From Catajapyx aquilonaris (lineage: Eukaryota), in assembly GCA_000934665.2 (NCBI GenBank), contig JYFJ02002479.1:1-56187 (forward strand): a stretch of 56,187 bases of DNA, written 5' to 3'. This document shows positions 27,901 through 39,793 of the stretch, piece after piece; within the stretch, counting starts at the first letter, position 1, and each line of letters opens with the position of its first letter. The notes under the pieces were generated by a model. That model was not told where the DNA came from. It saw nothing but the letters and a program-made list of their open reading frames with translations, and did not search any database. The position numbers and the translations under genes were made by a program.

Positions 27901-29668
27901 AGAGCCAGGGCATAAGAGCGGAGAAGAGACGCCAGCTGCAGATGAGCTGAGTTCTGATTCCCCAACTGAACCTCCACAGATCGCAGATCAAAGGGTTAAA
28001 AAGGAGTCAGAACAAGAACTGAACAAGGATGACATCCCAAGCATCACAGACTCACCAGCAGCAGACGAACCCGCAACTGAAAGTGACCAAAACACTGAAC
28101 TTCCGGGTGAAGGTAAGCAAAGGTCTGAGCAGCTCTCTGAGGAGGCAAACACAGATGCACCCGTTCAAAATCCGGTCATAATAAGCGATGAAAGCACCGA
28201 CCCTTCTAAAACCGAATCATCCTCAGACGACTTCAAATCACTGATCGAAACAGTCGATGCTCAACCTGCTGCACCTGAAGACAAGAAACCAGAGGCCGAC
28301 GAAACAATTGTTGAATCCACTACTCCATTAGCTGGCGAGGAAGGTCGCAATCTAGCTGTTTCTCCTGACAACAAAGAAGAACCTGCTGGTGATTCAAAAG
28401 TAGCAGAGCTTGAGTTGACGACAGAAGCAGAGGTTCAGGGTCGCTCCGAAAGTGTAACAACGATTAGAAGCGATGTGGATGATGCAGATTCACCAGGAAG
28501 TCAGCGTGCCCTGCCCAGAAGTGAAAAGCCTGATGACCAACAATCATCAACCATTTTACCAGCAATTTTCGACCAAAGCCTTCAAAATTTTGATGATCTG
28601 GAGGAAATTTTCCGAAACGAGCGCGAGTCAGGAGAAGACTTTAGCGGTAATATTCTAAGCAAGCGAGAACAAACCACGCCTCTGATTCAATCAAATGAGG
28701 CTGGGCAAGAAGGCCGTGCTAATGCCGATGCTATTTCATATACCACCACAGAGTCCGACAAACTGGCCAAAAAGTCTCGCAAAGAGCCAGAGATTTCCGA
28801 AGGTACGACAGAACCTGCCAGTGTGACAGGAGCACCTGAACTCCGAGGTCTTTTGGACGAAGCTAAGCCCGATGACTCAGTCGTGACTGAAAAAGCTTCA
28901 GAATCCACTGCACAACTTCCGGTGGAAGATATTGAAGTTGCAGAAAGTGCACCACAACTACGCTCCATTGAAGCAAGTGAGGCTACAACTGAAGTTCCTA
29001 ATGCTGCCAGGGCCGAAATTGTCGAAGCAACGACATCTGATGTGCAAGTGCAGGGAAGATCTGACAATGCAGTTTCTGAAAGTCAGACAGTGCAAGCAGA
29101 TGCAAAATCAGAAGACACTACAAGGCCAAGAGAAGCTAAACTTGATGCCGACGAAGACACTACCAAGGCACAAGAATCCTCCGTTACTGAAGACCCCATA
29201 GCCAACGATCCTTCAGCTCACCAGAACAATGAACTGCCACCAGTCATTTTTGCAGATGAGGCAGAAGCCCACGGAGAAGTTACATCTGGCGACGAACACA
29301 ACGAATCTACCCCTGAATACAGGGAGCCGAGGTTAGAACCTGACAGCGACCGAACGACAACAGACATCGCCATTGAGGAAAAGGGTGACAATGCACAGTC
29401 ATTCACTACACCCGAATCCTCAACTGACGCAAGCCAACCACAAGAAGTCATCATTCCAAAGCACAGCCAAATCGTCTTGACTCCTCCAAAAGCAGTGTCA
29501 CATGTGAGCATACTAGGAGACGAATCTGATCAAATCCATTCTCGCTCCCCTCGCTCAGCAAAGAAGTACTTCAAGACCAAGAACAAGAAGAAAACCACCA
29601 TACCTGAGAAGCCCAAACTCCTCGACAGGGTAGTCAGGTACATTGCCGACAAGTTTTACTTCTTTTAA
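21921..29668 (+). CDS. Secreted VWC-domain protein with a giant acidic Pro/Glu/Ser/Thr repeat region (tenectin/mucin-like architecture). Exons 21921-22008, 22640-22723, 22796-22972, 23031-23222, 24597-29668 (~1870 aa)
   Basis: Signal-peptide exon (MWPMQQRLRFPRLLAASLLLLLAIESTWA). Two exons each encode a 10-Cys VWC pattern (C..CxxCxC..C..C..C..CCP..C). All four introns are GT-AG and phase 1, and splice in frame into the 1705-aa ORF. Exon 22640-22723 and the exact 3' end are less certain. Confidence 0.85.
24989..25270 (+). repeat. Coding tandem repeat, 33-nt/11-aa unit (VPEAPAESPVY), ~9 copies
   Basis: gtaccagaagcaccagca-type words recur every 33 nt (24989, 25022, 25055 ... 25253). Confidence 0.95.
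27215..27990 (+). repeat. Coding tandem repeat, ~99-nt/33-aa unit (EEKVPHSDDLSSDSPTESPQITTDEEVKEAEQN), ~8 copies
   Basis: The gatctgagttctgattcaccaactgaa word recurs at 99-nt spacing in the central copies; edge copies are degenerate (102-105 nt spacing). Confidence 0.95.
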
Positions 29669-32600
29669 TTTGCGAAACAGGAGAGGTCAAAGAAAGGTGT
29701 TGGATGAGTAAGTGACCGACAGCGCGAGTTGCGTTTTCAAAACTCATGTTTACCTTGCTCATAATGTTGATTCACATAATCCTATACGTGGTGAGCGTTA
29801 TGGTGCCAAACATTGTTTTTCTTAAAAAATTTACCGCACAAAATTGATACGTACAATTTGCAGTGCGTCAAAAGTGAATCAGCTCGGTGTTATTGAATGT
29901 ACTGTACATATATTTTTTAGCAAACGGAAGGTTGCATTCCATATTTTTCTTTGGAATCATCAATCCGTGTGGGTCAACAGGTGATTGTAGGTTTTATGCT
30001 GTCAAAAAAAGGCCACGGTTGTTGAATGCTTTTAGCGAGTGATGTTTTAGTTACCTGGGATCATCCGTCACACCATCGAAGCAAATTTCAGACTAAGCCA
30101 AAAAAATCCCCAGTTTTCTCTTTTTGCTCCCGTGTTTAGTCTCAAGTTTACTTTGTACGAGTGACTTCCTGTAACTGTTGTGGCTGTCTGTTACGGGATA
30201 AATTTCAAGAACATGCCACAAATGTGACTGCGTTTATTTATTTTGTAAGCCGGTGCCTGTGGGGTCGAGATATGAAACAAAGTGCCTTTTCAACTGTTCA
30301 ATTGTAACAGCCATCCCAAAGTCAGTAAAAATAAAATAATGTTAGCATACCATTGTGACTATTTTTTCCCCCCCATCAACAGGTTTCACTTACCACAAAT
30401 TATTTCTGACAACCACTAGAAAACATGTTACTAACTACTAGTTGAATGTACAGTACAAAGTATGTTCAGGATACACTGAAAGCCTGGCAACATGGTTACT
30501 CATCCGGGTGATCCACTTTGTGTACAAGCTCAACAGATCTAGCTCAAGATCAAGATTTTTATTATTTTTGAAGACCAGAAAAATCTTAAACTCGTTTTCA
30601 GGCAAAAGAGTGCAAGAAACTCAGTTGCTTAGCACTGACCTACTACCCAGCTCCCTTTCCCTGCGACGTGACCCAAATGTAGTTTGTCACCCTTGGTAAG
30701 TCTTCAGTTACTGTTAATAATACCACGTATATAAAAATCTCTTTAAAAGTCAGGCACCAAGTAAAGATTATGGCAATCGTTCCAGAATTTTCTCTTCGAC
30801 TGGCGAGTATTATTTGTTCACTGCCAACCTAAAAATTTCCATACCCTACTTTCCACGGAATCATCAAACAGGTTGTGAACCGGCAAAAGCAGACTCTCTT
30901 GTGTACTGGACCTCGCAACAGCAACGTCATCACTCATGCGCTTACCTGCGACATCTCTGCATGTTTTTCACCTAAAGGCAGCCTATATAAAGGCGAATGA
31001 AAAAATTTCTTAGTATTTTCAGGCTTAGAGATAAGTAATGGATTTTGCCCAAAGCATTGTTTGCGGTCATACCGGTTAATTTAATTTTTGTGCAATAATT
31101 ATTGCACAACTTATAAGTGACCGGTTCCAACACGGTGGCGTCCTAAACGTCCTCAAAAATTAGGCACGCAATAATATATCCTATCGCTGGCAGCTCCGTT
31201 GAATTCAACACTAGAATATTTTATTCCACCCATTAGTTACTAAAAAACTTTCCTCTTGTGCAATATTCACGTTTTGCTCGAATTCAGTCCATTTGGCAAT
31301 CAACCAATAACTCTCCTCACATAACTTTCCACTGGCTGATATGCATTCTTACGCAATGTTTACCTTTGAAAAGCACAATAGTCAGGAAGAAAACTGATAA
31401 TCTGTCCCAGTAATGCAATTTTCCGCAGTCTCCTAAGTCGAGATAAAAACAACATTGTGCAACGGTGTCGAATTTTACCGCTACAAACAACAATGACACG
31501 TACTCTCTTTTCATCTCTGCATTGCATCATCCAACTGGTTCCCATATTCAGTACAAATTTGTCTTTTGTGCTACGTCACTCGAAGAAGAGCAGTACTTAG
31601 GCGATATATTACCACAATCTATGTAACCAAGACATGTTTTCGCCCACCCCAAAAAAAACAGCGTACGGTACTTTCCCTTTCGTTCCGGAACTAACATCCC
31701 GAAAACCTGACAGAGGAAGACAAAAAACTGGAGGTCCACTCATCCACCACTTGCATGTATTAAAACCCACAGTTTAAGACGCAGCTGAAGTGAAATCGCC
31801 TTAATTATATCCGACAGATTTCTTACGCGTATCTCACGTGTCACCATCATTATTTAATCATCTCCGAAAGTTGGAAGCGTCTCCGAGGAAAGTGCAAATT
31901 GATTTGTATTACACGTGGCGTCTCCGCCTCTTCCCGCCGAAATACGTTCCGCCGAAATATTGAACATGCAATATCGTATGGACGATACTTTATACAAACA
32001 TATATCGATTTAAAAAAAAATATTCAGTAGCAATATTTCAGATTTCAGCATATCGATACTGATTCGGCCAAAAGCACTTCACCAAAATCTAAGCCCCCCC
32101 ACGTGCCTTGCTATCCTGCCCTTGAGTCCAGTCTCATCATATACAACTTAAAACTACTTTCACTGTGAACTATACCTCCCGGGTCACCAGACTACTTTCA
32201 TTTTTTGGGTTGAATTGCCTTTAAAAACCGAATAAGGGTGTCACTTGTTCCCGAGGCCATGCTTCGTACAACCAGAATGATTTACTCATTCTAGCTAAAG
32301 CTACCCTCTGCCAGTGATGCTCTTCAAGAGAAACAGTTACTAATGTGGGTCAGGGGTGCATCGAACGCGCTTGATCGTTCTTTCATGGAGTCGAAGAGAT
32401 GCCTAGGAAGAAAACCCATGATTGCAAGCTATACACCGAGCCTACTTTCCCTCAGACTCTCCCCATTTAATTGTGTATATGAGCAGGGTAAACACTAGAA
32501 GGAGTCGGGTTCAAGTACAACGAGTCTGCTGGGGTTTCAAAAAAATGTAACTGAATAATGTAACTTGTTCAAGGGGGCCTCAATTTGTGCATGAGTCAAC

Positions 32601-34495
32601 ATCTGGGCAAGTCCCGTCGGTGGATTCAGGGCACAGAGTGGTGTAAATATAATACGGTTATTACTCCAGAATGTGAAATGCTATTCAGATGACCGCACTG
32701 TGTCCGAGCATTATTCCAGAACTGTCACATAGACGTGCTCAGGAAGTACCTTTCAGATGGAATAAATGGGTCGGTCCAAAAAAGATAGCAGAAACTGACT
32801 TTTGATGCATTTTATATGGAATTGGAGTAGGAAATAAGGTTTTTTTCTGCTCAAACTACCCTAGCGAAAATGTGAAATTGAGGACAAATCGGCAATATGT
32901 CTCCTTCACAGAAAGAAATGGAACCAATAAAAAATTCATTTTCTAATAATAAATGGTGCATAAATTTATTTCCCATGCATCGGACATGTCCGGCCTCCTT
33001 GACAAGCAAAGCACAGCTTAACTCTCTAGCACGTCAGCATAATTTATAACAAAAGGACACAACTGTGTATCTCAACCTGTTTGTGGTGCAAAGGACACGT
33101 CAACAAACTTGAAACCAGTTGTTGATATCATTACCAGGTATAGCTTAAAACGTGGATTTTACTCGCTAATGAGTGATACATCAATAAACTAACAGGTCTC
33201 AATGTCCTGTATATCCGTTTTCTGAATCACCCTGTATAGTGTATTCAACTTAGCCCTGTGCCGAATAGGTAATTGCATCAGCGGGACTGCTCTTTCAAAC
33301 GTTCAGCAGAAAATCTACCCTGAGAAAATATACAATCAGAACAATGAAAAGTAATTACAAGAGATATAATTGAGTTCCATTGCGGCTCTAACGTCAATGG
33401 ATGCTCAGAATTATTCGACTTGTTTGGCTCACATGAGCGTATGCACACTTCTAATGTGCATCTCAAAAGTGCCTATTCATTTCCGCAAAATCTAAATCGC
33501 GAGAAAGCGCTTCGTATATTTCCCTTTAGTACTATGCTTGGAAGCCAAGCTACGATAAAGCCAGGACCAACTAGGCATGAATAAGTGCCTGCTGAGACAG
33601 TTATTCAAATGCTGACCACTCCCTTCCTCGTTTCTCTAAAAAATAGCTCCCATGATAAAAGCACATTAAAATGTGAGAAACAAAACCGGACAAGAAATGA
33701 ACATCATGCATTTTTAAGCAGGGCAATTTTGGTCCCAAAAGGGAATAAAGGGAGTTTCTCATTCAGCGGCCAACAGGAGTGAAATACAAACAGATTGAGA
33801 TTTCTGAGCTTTACAGAGTTTCAAACTAAGCAAATGCCAAACACTGCCAGCTCTATGAGCCAAGTAGTCTAATATTAATTTTGGTTCTCGCCATAATTTT
33901 CGGGGAGGTGAGGCAGCTTTTACAAGAGGAAATTTTACCCCCAAGTAATTCTGCCCTCAATAATTTGTAGCACAAGTTTCATGTCAGAAGAAAATGTTTG
34001 ACAAACTAGAGCTCTTATCCCAACCATGCCAGCAATCACGACTTAGCGCTAAGGTTCAAACTCAAATCATAAAACGCAGTACCGATACCAATAAAAATTC
34101 ATTTCGGCATACACTTGGTATTAAGTTGAGCTTCACTTCACCTTTAACTCTAGGTCAAAAAAGTCAGCATGAAAATTAACCAGCAGGCATTGAAAACAAT
34201 TCCTTATCTAGATTCACCACCTAGTGATTCCCTGGTGATTCCCTTGTCCTTCATTCGGTATTGTCATAATAAACTGCATAGGTGCGCCCCAATTACCTGC
34301 CCAGCAATTAATTCCCCCCCCCNCCCCCCCCCCCCCCCTATTTTTAACTGCATAAAAGTGAGAGCTTCCCTCGAAATAATCACGGTGTGCCACCACCATC
34401 AGGGGTCAGCAACGAAGGGTTTTTCTTCCTCCCTTCCACGTGCGAAAGTATACCAAGCGAAGGCGGGGGAAGTGAAGGGGGGTCTTTCACAAAGA

Positions 34496-34535
34496 TATAA
34501 AAGCCTGCAATCCCAGCAGGCCTCGCCCAGTCACC
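34496..34535 (+). promoter_or_regulatory. TATA box and Inr-like element of the small secreted-protein gene
   Basis: TATAAAA at 34496-34502, with CCAGTC (close to the arthropod Inr TCAGT) about 31-33 nt downstream, just ahead of the 5'UTR intron. Confidence 0.6.
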
Positions 34536-34650
34536 CTCCAAATCCAGGTGAACGTTGTACGCCAGGGAAGAAACTCTAGCCAGGTGAGCTCGTGTGTCCT
34601 GATTTTCTGACTGTGTGAAACCGCCCCCGACCGTCCACATCAGAATCGCA

Positions 34651-35114
34651 ATGGCCGGGCGCGTGGTGTGCCTACTGGTCCTCCTGGTCGCGGTGGCGAT
34701 GGCCTACCCTGTCCCTGACCCCCAGTATGTGGAGGAGGCTGTGCGTCAAGCAGCAGCCCTCAACCTGCTCCCGCCCTACGCGACGGTGGATAAGGTTCAC
34801 AGCAGTATCGAACTTGGGTACTACAAACTTGGCCCTCATCAGCCACTCAATCTGGGAGGAATTCTTGGCCATGATGTGCCACATGATGTGTTGAGCAGTC
34901 TTCAGGCTCAGGTGAGTTGTATCATCCACATAGAAAAATTAGTTCACGTGACGCTTGTGTAGATGGCGATGAATGTACAGCGCCATCTACACTAGCGTCA
35001 TTTGAACTAATTTTCATTATAATGAACATGACGGAGCATGTGTCTACCATAAAAATAATTTGATAAATATTATGCTTCCAGGTTGATTCCCTCGGTAACA
35101 ACGGCTACCACTAA
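34651..35114 (+). CDS. Small secreted protein of unknown function, 97 aa. Coding exons 34651-34911 and 35082-35114
   Basis: Hydrophobic signal peptide MAGRVVCLLVLLVAVAMA. Phase-0 intron cag|gtgagt ... ttccag|gtt gat tcc, ending VDSLGNNGYH-TAA. Probable 5'UTR intron 34584-34643, TATA box upstream, AATAAA at 35395-35400. Confidence 0.85.
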
Positions 35115-38100
35115 ATGGATGGGATATCAGCGAGTGACAGCATCAGTATTGCCATCGCTCGTCTTATAACGCAACCGAAGGCTGATCTTGGTGTGCTTAT
35201 ATTCTTGTACAGTTTTAAAAGTGATAATGGACGAGTAATTTTTTAGCTCTCACCGCTTACGTCGTACATATGATATGAACGTGTCGCATACGCTTCACAC
35301 AACAATCTAAGTCAGCACTGGCATACAAAAACGGGTTTCATATCCATCTGTAGTTAGTAAGAAATGTTAAGCAGTGTAAAAGAAACTGTCTGAAAATAAA
35401 GAAATTGTTTACTCACGCGGGGTACGACTTGTCACTGGTATATGGTAAGTGAATATATGATGTTTCCGGAAAAGCAAGCATGCCGGACTAACGACGCACG
35501 AAAGCAAACACTGTTGCAAAACGGCATCATTTTTCACCTTGACTCCTACGTGGGAGAAATTCTAGGCAAGTTTCCCCGGTACATCAAAATCATGATCTTC
35601 ATGCCAACGGCCTGAAGAAGAAAAAGAAAAGAGTGGAATGAAAGTAGTTCATCGACCTAAAGATGATACTTTTATCCACGCCGACTCTTCAATCATCTAT
35701 TGTGACTTTTATAGACGGGGTCTTTGCTCCTTGTGGAATACTGCAAGTGTGCAAGAATTATTCATGGCTACTTGCACGCGCACCTTTGTTCCACTTATCG
35801 AACACACACAAAAAGTAGAATCAAGAGGTGGGGTTTCTAGTCTTCAGAATGTAGTTACGCATCTAGGATGAACTTGGGTGAGCGGCTTATCGCTTATGGA
35901 CAAAAGGAAAGTCGTTGCCTAGTTTTGCCTGACAGTTGTTGCTCTCAATTGCCACTGTTTCTATGGCATGGCTAAGTAGACTTTCATTACTATACTTACT
36001 TAATGCGACGTTAGAACAGGCGATATGCTTAATTATTGTGCTGGCAGGTAATTAGGGTGAGTCAGGCCACAGTAATAACATATTTGGCAATTGATGCCTT
36101 ATTAATGACAACTGCTGGAGTACAGACGCTTTATGTTTGGACCAAAATATTGCAAAAATTAAAATCAAATGTTAATAAAAGTATAACAATCTGCCACTAA
36201 TACACTTGACAATACATGGCTCTTTCTAGTGATCACAGAAGATTAAAGAAGCGACCATATTGTTTTAGTAAATAACGCATTTAATGATATCGTGTATTTA
36301 AAAAATACAGGTTGTGAGATCTGACCTCTCTAGGTCATTCCCGTAGACCTCGAGAAGATCATGGTCCAATAATACACAAGTTGCCAACAAGTCAACAAGT
36401 TGCCAAGTTGTCATGCGACAGGCTACAAACTTGCAAGCCCCCCCAATCACGTCATCTCTTGGCAAAACTCACACCATCTACTCGATACATGGATGTCACA
36501 AAGTTTAGGCTTGAGAACACTTACAACTTGAATGAACATTTCGATTAGCTGTATATCATAAGTGAAACACTGCGTAAGTGCTGAACTGCCTGCCCGAAAA
36601 CTCGCGAGTTTCAATCAAGCGGAAACTTCCACCTGGGGTTGCAAAGTTTGCGACCTTCTCCGCCATCCCCCAGGAGAACAGTGGTCCCCACCTCTTGCGA
36701 AGTGGCAAGAAATATTATAAGAATGGGCCAGAACACTTTAAATTCTAGCACAACCAACTCTCTAGACACCAAAAAATGTTCAGCCAAAAAGCCACGATCG
36801 AACAAAAGTTGCAGCTACTGTATAGCAACAATCAGAAATATTCCATTGTATCTGGGACTGAAGAGTGACCATGTAGCTACTTACAATACTCTGAGCTATG
36901 TAAGTAATTAACAGTTAATTTTACTACCAGTGCGCGTTCTTTCATATGAATGTTACGCGCAAGGAATATATCCTGACTATGAGGCAACCAACACTACACA
37001 CAAGCCATGCAGTGCTCCGAGTAACCTTTTAAAATAATCAAGGCAAAATGTATGCAAGTTAGCTTCTATAGTTGTCATCTGGTTATGATTCAGGTGATGT
37101 TAAGCAGGTAAACAAATTAATGTCAGAGAAAATGAATTTTTGCAAAAGTATCCTGTGTGTTACACACATCATCGGCATCATCAGTTTTTCTAAGAACCAG
37201 AGAAAGTACACAAGTCGCCCACCTACACATCAACGCAGCCCTTCACAATTTTTTGTTGTTCTTACCCTTATTATAGTGACGCCACTATTGAAAAACGCGA
37301 CTTGTCTGATAAACCCCCTTTACTTTCCCCCTTAACAAAAATTAGGTTCCGATGCAACAATGCTTCTCAACCCAAACATGCATGTTACGTGTCACGTTCC
37401 CAATCTCCCGTACAGTACGTGGGAAGCAAAAATTCAGGCTCTTCTCCCAAGTGAAAGGCACCTGTGCCTTCTCAATCCTCCACGAAAAAAAAAAAAAAAA
37501 GTCCCCCATTCAACAGTCTGTACAGTACCGTACACAAGTCGCCCTATCTCGAGTCCTTGATACTAGGACAAGGCCTCATTTATTAATTTCATACACTCAG
37601 AACATTATTACTTGTCAGGTTGAATGAATGGACGAGATGTTTGCGTGTGATTCTGTTGGAACCCACCAGAGGACGTGGTAGGTAGGCTGTTGAGAAATTG
37701 TTGGCACGTCAACATTCTCTGGCGTGCAGGTGTGGAACTATTTCATTTTCAGATAAGTTTCGCAAGATTTTCGAAATTCATTATTGAAATAAATAACCAG
37801 TAAGTGATTCTCATTCAATTTTTGACTCCATTTGTTCTTTGAAAACATATGGCGGATTGCTTCAACATCCATGTTCTCAATATGTTCACGTATTTGGGTA
37901 TTCCCACACAAATCAGCTCACCTTATATCCATGCCGGCAGCATCCGGCTTCTGGTAAGCATTATACGAGGGAAAAGTTATTTCCCTTTTCATGACGCCAG
38001 AATCCAAGAAACACCGGAATGAGGATCAATGAAACGGTGCTGATGTTTTGCTGGGAGTTTTCCCGGATATTGCACTTGCACAGGGAGGCCTAAGAGAAAA

Positions 38101-39793
38101 ACACCAAAGCAAGAAGACGCAACCCTGGCCTGCATGCAAGTCGTTGGATTCGTCCGATGCTCAGCACGATCAAGTGGTGCAATGCGTCAATTACACGGAG
38201 CAGGGGGATGCACCGCCTTCACGCCACGTATTGCATGAAAATATCTGAATAATCGATCATCTCGGAATTAACATGTATTCCGGGTGGGCCGGAATTCCTG
38301 ACTGACTTTTTTTTAAAAAACTTTAGTCGATTCAGCAAGAGGCGGGAGGGCTATAATTTGCAAGTTTCTTTCGCGAACTATTGTCGAACTATTGTCACGT
38401 GATTTCGTAAAAGGATACTTTCGTGGTCCGCTACATGAAAGCGAGGTGTCCTTTTTGGGAAAGTAATTGGCAATTAATGGGAAAGGCATGATCACAGAGA
38501 GGAGTGTGGAATTCAGGGTGACGCTTTTAATGTTGCGATCATAAAATCGATGACTCTCCAGAGAAATGAGTAATTAATATCATAATGGAGTGATGTAACG
38601 CACCGGGTGATCCAGAGAGTCCCTGCGGAGTTCTATTATGTTAATAAGCAGGCTAATAATCATATGTGTAAATAAACTGTTAAAGACTGCAATTCTATAT
38701 TCCTGATTACATGCACGAACCATGTTATTGCATTACAGCTAGTGATTCAGCTGAGCAAAAATTGCTATGCATGATGATTGGCCCTCAATTATTCAAGAAT
38801 ACTGCCATTGAAGATATCCTTGATCGTACTTCCTTTTTCTTCAAAAAAAATTGTGCATAATAAATTACAAATTTAAGGACAACACAATTGAGTAATTAAC
38901 AGATTTTATCGCTTGATATAACAATTTCTCAATGCTATATAAATTTTACACTATGGATACTCTTGAAATGTATATTTGGCTACACTACCGTAAGTGCACA
39001 CTCGATAGGTCCCACATTCGCTATGATTTACATGGAAGATTCGCTATCTGATCGTAAAAATTCGCCAAAATCTACCTGATATCCCTCACACTTCCCTCTC
39101 ACGTGCAGGTAAACCAATTATTAATCTATTATTCATCCTCACCATTGAACCGACCTACTGGCAATTGTTTCCATCCAGCTTATCGGTAGGTGCCATCCGA
39201 TAGACGTTCATCAAGCTAAAAGGTCCGTCAAAACCCCCATTTTTCACCCAATCAATCAGATCATTTCCGCACCCCCCACTTCTAAATGGGCCCTACACCA
39301 TCCACTATCCGCAATATTTGCCTATTCCCCCCCTCCCCATCTGCAAATTGCCCCACCAAAAAAAAGGTGTGCAGCGCCTGGCTGATTGTTAATGGTTTCG
39401 TGCGTGGGTTCTACTCGGATGATTTCTCACGAGACGATGCCTTCGCCGAGGTGATGAGCCTTTCCATCGGGGGCTCTCAGGTAAGCGCGCAAAACGGGAG
39501 CAATTCCGCATCCGGAAGGCTGCCGGATTCAACGTCCACGGCGTTTTTTCCACCATTAGCCACATACATATCCGTCACACTTTGAGCCCCGCTCCTTTTT
39601 CCCTCCCCGCTTCCACCATCCCTGCCTCCTTCCCCCTACTGCTGCCCCGCCACCCCACTCTGGGAAGCCCGCGGGCTCGTCTTCAATCCCAGAACGAAAC
39701 CCGAGTGGAAGAGGAAAGGGTCGGCACCGACGCTTCTCTTCAACGTCTTGTCACTGGTGGTAAGGGTGGGGGGACCAGTGAGTGACTAGTGAG

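Noticed and set aside
24989..27990. Regularly spaced repeats as a CRISPR-like array
   Set aside because: The units are in-frame coding tandem repeats with no unique spacers, there are no cas genes, and the context is eukaryotic.
24586..29511. Many antisense and alternative-frame ORFs within the giant exon
   Set aside because: Shadows of the repetitive, codon-biased real ORF.
31088..31109. 22-bp perfect palindrome ttgtgcaataattattgcacaa (also 10-bp stems at 12729-12760 and 17893-17917)
   Set aside because: Short, with no TSD or context, so no function can be assigned.
34314..34338. Poly-C run containing N (also N at 19447)
   Set aside because: Homopolymer sequencing or assembly ambiguity, not biology.
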